Below are positions 59,801 to 64,000 of a stretch of 64,000 nucleotides of DNA, piece by piece. This DNA comes from an uncultured Ectothiorhodospiraceae bacterium (lineage in GTDB: Bacteria; Pseudomonadota; Gammaproteobacteria; SZUA-152). Numbering within the stretch: the first letter of the stretch is position 1; each line of letters starts with the position of its first letter. The notes beneath the pieces were generated by a model. It was not told where the DNA came from, searched no databases, and saw nothing but the letters and a program-made list of their open reading frames with translations. Both the position numbers and the translations under genes were made by a program. The stretch covers positions 6,116 through 70,115 of the forward strand of contig CAYNYJ010000002.1 of the NCBI GenBank assembly GCA_964401355.1. Direction: 5' to 3'.

Positions 59801-62800
59801 TATCCAACGAACTTTTCCGCGCTCCCACCGGCAATACGACATTTAGCATCGTCAGCGCAGGCAATGGTTCCGGCACCGGCCTAACGCCTAGCACCAGCTT
59901 CGGCGGTGACCCCGTTAATTTGGTTTCCGGTAACATGTACACGCAGGAGCGGGACATCGACCTCAAGGGCCGCGGTGGCCTGAACATCGTCTTCGAGCGT
60001 TTTTACAATTCCCACGTTCGCAAAGACGGCCCGCTGGGCTACGGTTGGACCCACAGCTTCAACCATTACCTGAAATTCTTCGACGATAATAATGACGGTA
60101 ATGGCGACGGCAACATCAACCGCGTCATCTGGGTGGACGGCACCGCCAGCACTAACAGCTTTTCCGTGGCGGGTACGGCCAGTGGCGTGCCGCTCGACAC
60201 CACACTGACCAACCCCAAGGGCATTTACGTGACCGCCCGGCGTGAGGCCAACGGCGAATATCGTATTCGCGAAAAAGGTGGGTTGACGCTGTATTTTGAA
60301 AATATGCCCGGCAGGGCAGGGGACACCGCCCGCCTGCTACGTCTCGTCGACCGCAACGGCAACACCCTGCGTATGAACTATGGCAATAACAACAGCGGCA
60401 CCAATCTCACCTCGGTACAGGACGACATCAATCGTCGTCTGACGTTTTATTACGATAACGGCGATCAGCACATCACCCGCGTTACCGACTGGAGCGGCCG
60501 CACCTTTCGTTACGCCTATGCCAATAACAACCTGGTGGGTTTTGATTCGCCGCTGGCGGTGGAGGGCCAGATCGGCTCGACGGTTTACCATTATTACACC
60601 GCCGCCGATGGCACCAATCTCGACCACGCCATGGCGTCCTTCACCCGCCCGACGGGTTATTCGATGAGCTTCGAGTATTACACCAACGGCAAAACCTTCC
60701 GCCACACCGACAGCCTGGGCCAGAGTTTTACCTTTCGGTACAACACCTTCCGCCGCGAGACCACCACGGTGGATGAGCGCGGCATTAGCCAGACTTATTT
60801 GTTCAACGAGTGGGGCCAGCAGCTTCAGCATGTGCGTGGCGACGATTCGCGGGCGCGGTACGAATACACCGACGACGCTCATCCACTGAAAGAAACCCGG
60901 CGCATTCATGCCCTGGGCTATGTGACGCAAAACCGCTATGACGCAACGGGCAATCTGACCCAATCCACCTTGCCCGATGGCAGTACGCAGGCATATTTGG
61001 GCTATAACGCCTTCGGTTTGCCCACCCAAATCACCGACGCTAACGGTAACGTGACGCTGCATCGTTTTGACGCCAACGGCAATCGCACCGATACCATTAC
61101 GCTGAAAAAGGGCCGCACGGTGGCGACCCCGGCCACCACTCCGGCCTCCGGTGATGTCCTCGCCTGGACCATCAATACTTACGATAGCAGTGGCAATCTG
61201 AAAACCACCCAACAAGTGCGTGATTTTACGACCGTGGCCGGGCCGACGATTGAATACAGCTACGACGGCTCTCAGCTAAACCCGACCACTATTAAGCGCT
61301 GCGGCCTGCAACACGACGTTTCTTCATTGCCTGATGGCGCCCTCACCAACCGCTGCGTGAGCGTGGCGCAGAGCTTCGACACCCTGGGCAGACCCACAAA
61401 AATCGCCACCAATAATTTCTACACCCGGCTACGAAACTACGACGCCAATGGCCGCGTTACACGCGCTACCGACGCTACAAACCGCTGGCGTGACTATAGC
61501 TACAATGCCAATGGCCAGCCCGCGGGCCAAAGCCTGGCCGGGGTCGATGCGGATGGCAATGTCGCTCTGCTCGATCACGGCAGTACCGCGTTTGATGACC
61601 TGGGTCGCCCCGTCAGCCGTTTTGACAGCGCCGGTTTCGGCACTCACACGGCATACGACGAAACCGGTAACGTCACCGCCATCACCAATCCCGATGGTTA
61701 CACCGTGCGCTTTGAATACGATGGCATGAACCGACCCACCCGCGCCTTTGATGAGCACGGCCACGCGGTCAGCACCGATTACGACATCGGTGGCCGACCT
61801 ATCAAAGTCACCGATCCCAACGACAACAGCACGGTGTATGATTATTACGAGGCCGCAGAAAATGGCCGCCTCAAACGCCTCATCCAGGCCGATGGCCAGT
61901 GGCGGGAGTATTTTTACGACCGCAACGGTAACGTGATCAAAACCCGCGACAACGCCAACCGCGAAACCCGCACCGATTTCGATGCCTTGAACCGGCCCAT
62001 CCGCAGCGTCGGCCCGGTGCATAACAGCCACAATCTGAACAATATCCGCCAGGTGACCGTCACCGATTACAGCGAACTCGGCACTGTGAAAAACATCAGG
62101 GCAGGGTACACCGCCAACACCAGCGGCAGTTCTGGTGGCACCCCAGGCAACGATGTGCTCAGCACCCAGGCCACTTTTGCCTACGACGACTTCGGTCGCC
62201 GCATCCGCCAGCTTGATGCCAACGGCAAGGCCACCCAAACCCTCTACGACGATTACGGCAACCCCGTGCGCAAAACCTCCCCCAACGGCCACATCGTCGA
62301 ATGGGCCTACGACCATGCCCGCAACGGCTTATTGACCAAACAGACCGCCAAAACCTCCGCCACCGACGCCAGCCCCCACGTCACCACCACCGCCTACAAT
62401 GCCCTCGGTCAGGTGAGCAAAGTCACCAGCCCCGAGGTCATTTACACGTATCGTTATGGCCCGGACAACCGCCTCAAAACCGTCACCGACAGCCGCGGCA
62501 ACAAGACCCTAAAATACACCCGCAGCCCCGGCGGCCAACTCACCGCCATCGCCGACAGCGATGCCAGTGGCAACCCCAACGGCCACCGCAGCGATTTTCT
62601 CTACGACGCCGCCCGACGTCTCACCGCCATTACCACGACCCCTAAATCCGGCAACAGCGAGCAGATCAACTTCCTGCTTGACGCCGGTGGCCGCCTGCAA
62701 GAAACCAACCTCCCCAACGGCGTCAGCGCCCGGTATCAATATGACGCCGGCAACAAACTCACCCAACTGGTTAACCGCACCCGCCAGGGCGTCATCAGCC

Positions 62801-64000
62801 GACATAACTACGATTATGATGGCGTCGGTCGCAGAACCACCCACACCGAAACCATCGCCAACAAGACCACCCATTATGGTTATGCCTACGACAACCTTGA
62901 TCGTCTCACAAAAGTCCTCAACGGCAGCACAAGCATCGAAACCAGCACCTACGATCAATACAACAACCGTCGCAGCCGCGCCTTCGCCACCACCAGCGGC
63001 AACATCACCCACTACTACCAGCATGACGCCGCCCAGCAGCTCAACCAAATCCTCACTGGCTCCGACACCGGCAGCGAAGCCGCCCGCTTCCAATACGACA
63101 ACAACGGCAACCTGACCTATAAAAACGAAAACGGCGTAACACGCAGCTACACCTACAACGCCCTCGAACGGCTGAAAAAAGTCGAAAGCAGCGACATCAA
63201 CACCGAAAGTTACCGTTACGACCCGCAGGGGCGACGCATCGAAAAAACCGTTGCAGGCACAACAAATACCACCACCCGCTACCACTACAGCGGCCAAAGC
63301 CTCTGGGCCGAGTACCAAAGCTGGGGAGAAGCGCTGGCCCACTACACCTACAGCGGCCTCGACCGGCCCATCGCCCGAACCACCCCCACCGCCGCCGACA
63401 CCCGCTACTACCACCACGACGGCCTAGGCTCCCCCATCGCCGTCAGCGACACCAACGGCAACATCACCGCCGCCACTCGTTTCGACGCCTGGGGCAACAA
63501 AATAGCTGCCCTCGGTGGCACCACGCCCCACTTCGGTTACACTGGCCAAGTCCCCGACGCCAATGGGCTGATACATTATCGGGCAAGGTATTACGATCCG
63601 AGCATAGGGCGCTTCACCCAGCGTGATCCGGCGGGGTTTTCCGATGGGATTAATTTGTATGCGTACGTGGGTAATTCGCCGACGAACTTTACTGATCCGT
63701 TGGGGTTGGGGAGGTTGGCGGTGGGGGCTACGGGCGGGTTGGGGTCTTCGTTTCCGGGGGATAGGGGTGGTAGTTCAGCGATAGATAATTCAAATAATTA
63801 TCTAGTTGGTCGGCCTCTAAGTTTTTCAGATAGTGCTGGTCATTTGTTTGTTGTAACAGGCGCAAACCATATAGGTGACCCTAATGCATTAATCTATTCT
63901 TTTGGTGATTCTGGTGGTGATACTTTGTCCATTGTGACGAATGAAACATCAGGTTTCTCTGAGGGGGCGCATCAAAGCGACATTAACTATTGGCAATCAC
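56884..64000 (+). CDS. Giant Rhs/YD-repeat polymorphic toxin, 3'-partial (more than 2372 aa). Domain order: N-terminal TM anchor, Pro-rich linker, transglutaminase-like domain with the catalytic Cys replaced, beta-rich region, dozens of YD/RHS repeats, RHS core (DPLGL) and the start of a low-GC C-terminal toxin module
   Basis: Hand-translated continuous frame-1 ORF with no stop up to the window end; it is absent from the ORF track because it has no stop. Transglutaminase-like motifs: GSGNATDQASLLIALMRVSGYPARYV and HVWTEVCVPY...GFHWIPLDPS. Repeated YxYDxxGR(L/V) motifs run throughout. RHS core YYDPSIGRFTQRDPAGFSDGINLYAYVGNSPTNFTDPLGLG is at about 63590-63715. Confidence 0.85.
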   Translation, partial: MIMRTKAKRGFQVTPVTTAIVAVVAITLVVIATGPVWRADDTAPAHESPVATAPGANSGGKNARTPATAETKAAMLDADTLRQRVAGAWLATGKPDRASELSSTLDHHLADTRQLLTRLVLQRESASGQSSRHILQQIASKQAEFLTLREEAERWLADHDMQGSDRALQITQRFEQVKSVLAAVINTTGNTPRDAPHDAPHDTQTQAIAAAQQTLQRLHPPRIGMRGEPQPTVTQGEPTQLTPDDFPNAPPPAYAAPSAPSAAIKQSTTAPIAGTRVDSFANRFGEELFGVLSRSVGISTAHADVLPATPAEAASCGYVTADVASALPEVDVTNLEIQALAEQLQHSPLKIYAWIKNNIEFQPYFGSLKGALATLKSGSGNATDQASLLIALMRVSGYPARYVLGEIRLPEDDRLLNWIGTTAGKGAAARLFANQIPTTYYTNTGGVAFTHVWTEVCVPYDNYRGSGNDNSGFHWIPLDPSFKEMAYTDGTTVAGIPGFEFDYADYLSTRTTVMPHEALRDQMEAALGKSLKHGGGYRGAIVQRDIDILPSTLPYIVNNFKAWAGSTASDTAALPAAHRIQAEFVLKNASNGPLASVLTLDMPTLATRRLTLSFEGVTSTDQSWIDNTWDGETTPCGNSNVQALFKLEGIDVTPAGTRDAVDFCTRNNRLGITIRRNSVVYNRVNYQNIGGHNYHALQAYAFHASDRLLEERAAKLLTTVGTTPNPNALQDETLGEYLHIVGLKYMGYITNAFKTVGELHEATGDSGHHIGLTSTAMKVSYLFDLPFAVSRGGLLVDVPGGQSRSTSINDGTPNFATFLLSGYAASAYESYIWQEHAYLDAVSTVRGIQYANDQSVPVVTLVSAADVDNKLNQSCSTTPRSLIYSESLKAPLKQLFSSGYFRVTLPGCLIHYDDWLGAVWVAEYNVDNVFKASYKISGNYVLADGGYTLSTPVPLFYEGARDTGYQNYMLPSISNELFRAPTGNTTFSIVSAGNGSGTGLTPSTSFGGDPVNLVSGNMYTQERDIDLKGRGGLNIVFERFYNSHVRKDGPLGYGWTHSFNHYLKFFDDNNDGNGDGNINRVIWVDGTASTNSFSVAGTASGVPLDTTLTNPKGIYVTARREANGEYRIREKGGLTLYFENMPGRAGDTARLLRLVDRNGNTLRMNYGNNNSGTNLTSVQDDINRRLTFYYDNGDQHITRVTDWSGRTFRYAYANNNLVGFDSPLAVEGQIGSTVYHYYTAADGTNLDHAMASFTRPTGYSMSFEYYTNGKTFRHTDSLGQSFTFRYNTFRRETTTVDERGISQTYLFNEWGQQLQHVRGDDSRARYEYTDDAHPLKETRRIHALGYVTQNRYDATGNLTQSTLPDGSTQAYLGYNAFGLPTQITDANGNVTLHRFDANGNRTDTITLKKGRTVATPATTPASGDVLAWTINTYDSSGNLKTTQQVRDFTTVAGPTIEYSYDGSQLNPTTIKRCGLQHDVSSLPDGALTNRCVSVAQSFDTLGRPTKIATNNFYTRLRNYDANGRVTRATDATNRWRDYSYNANGQPAGQSLAGVDADGNVALLDHGSTAFDDLGRPVSRFDSAGFGTHTAYDETGNVTAITNPDGYTVRFEYDGMNRPTRAFDEHGHAVSTDYDIGGRPIKVTDPNDNSTVYDYYEAAENGRLKRLIQADGQWREYFYDRNGNVIKTRDNANRETRTDFDALNRPIRSVGPVHNSHNLNNIRQVTVTDYSELGTVKNIRAGYTANTSGSSGGTPGNDVLSTQATFAYDDFGRRIRQLDANGKATQTLYDDYGNPVRKTSPNGHIVEWAYDHARNGLLTKQTAKTSATDASPHVTTTAYNALGQVSKVTSPEVIYTYRYGPDNRLKTVTDSRGNKTLKYTRSPGGQLTAIADSDASGNPNGHRSDFLYDAARRLTAITTTPKSGNSEQINFLLDAGGRLQETNLPNGVSARYQYDAGNKLTQLVNRTRQGVISRHNYDYDGVGRRTTHTETIANKTTHYGYAYDNLDRLTKVLNGSTSIETSTYDQYNNRRSRAFATTSGNITHYYQHDAAQQLNQILTGSDTGSEAARFQYDNNGNLTYKNENGVTRSYTYNALERLKKVESSDINTESYRYDPQGRRIEKTVAGTTNTTTRYHYSGQSLWAEYQSWGEALAHYTYSGLDRPIARTTPTAADTRYYHHDGLGSPIAVSDTNGNITAATRFDAWGNKIAALGGTTPHFGYTGQVPDANGLIHYRARYYDPSIGRFTQRDPAGFSDGINLYAYVGNSPTNFTDPLGLGRLAVGATGGLGSSFPGDRGGSSAIDNSNNYLVGRPLSFSDSAGHLFVVTGANHIGDPNALIYSFGDSGGDTLSIVTNETSGFSEGAHQSDINYWQS

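Noticed and set aside
58048-63417. Several long minus-strand ORFs (380, 292, 295 and 302 aa)
   Set aside because: They lie antisense within the continuous, repeat-rich Rhs toxin ORF. They are Gly/Val/Ala-rich shadow frames of high-GC repeat DNA

Overview
This is a gammaproteobacterial-type chromosomal segment with an average GC of about 55%, running mostly through core genes with two accessory stretches. From start to end it carries rluA and a glycerol cluster (FGGY kinase, glycerophosphodiester phosphodiesterase, FAD-dependent glycerol-3-phosphate dehydrogenase). Next, on the minus strand, is a LodA/GoxA-type cysteine-tryptophylquinone (CTQ) amino-acid oxidase with its LodB flavoprotein, preceded by a secreted protein with a CXXCH motif. 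A periplasmic-adaptor plus RND efflux pair with a LysR regulator follows, then groES-groEL behind a CIRCE element, and an MsbA-like ABC exporter. A low-GC island (about 21.3-29.6 kb) then encodes a PqqD-family RiPP-recognition protein, an ATP-grasp ligase, an Orn/DAP-type PLP decarboxylase, a urea-transporter-like membrane domain fused to an M23 peptidase, and a TolC-like channel. A Gly/Met-only peptide gene lies next to the island. After it come a membrane-fused spermidine-synthase-like protein and uspA. A complete Alternative Complex III operon (actA-B1-B2-C-D-E-F) sits directly beside petABC (cytochrome bc1). sspAB and a type II secretion pseudopilin/assembly block gspG-N follow. The window ends with a minus-strand operon of secreted proteins (a small Cys-rich protein, a thrombospondin-type-3 repeat protein, an acidic repeat protein) and a giant 3'-truncated Rhs/YD-repeat polymorphic toxin. 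The toxin has a transglutaminase-like domain lacking its catalytic Cys, and a low-GC C-terminal toxin module begins just before the window ends. The most novel candidate is the PqqD / ATP-grasp / PLP-decarboxylase / UT-M23 / TolC island. It looks like a carrier- or scaffold-peptide-based modification and export system not matching any described RiPP class. Several palindromic REP/MITE-like elements, coding tandem repeats in gspK and putative operator palindromes are also present.
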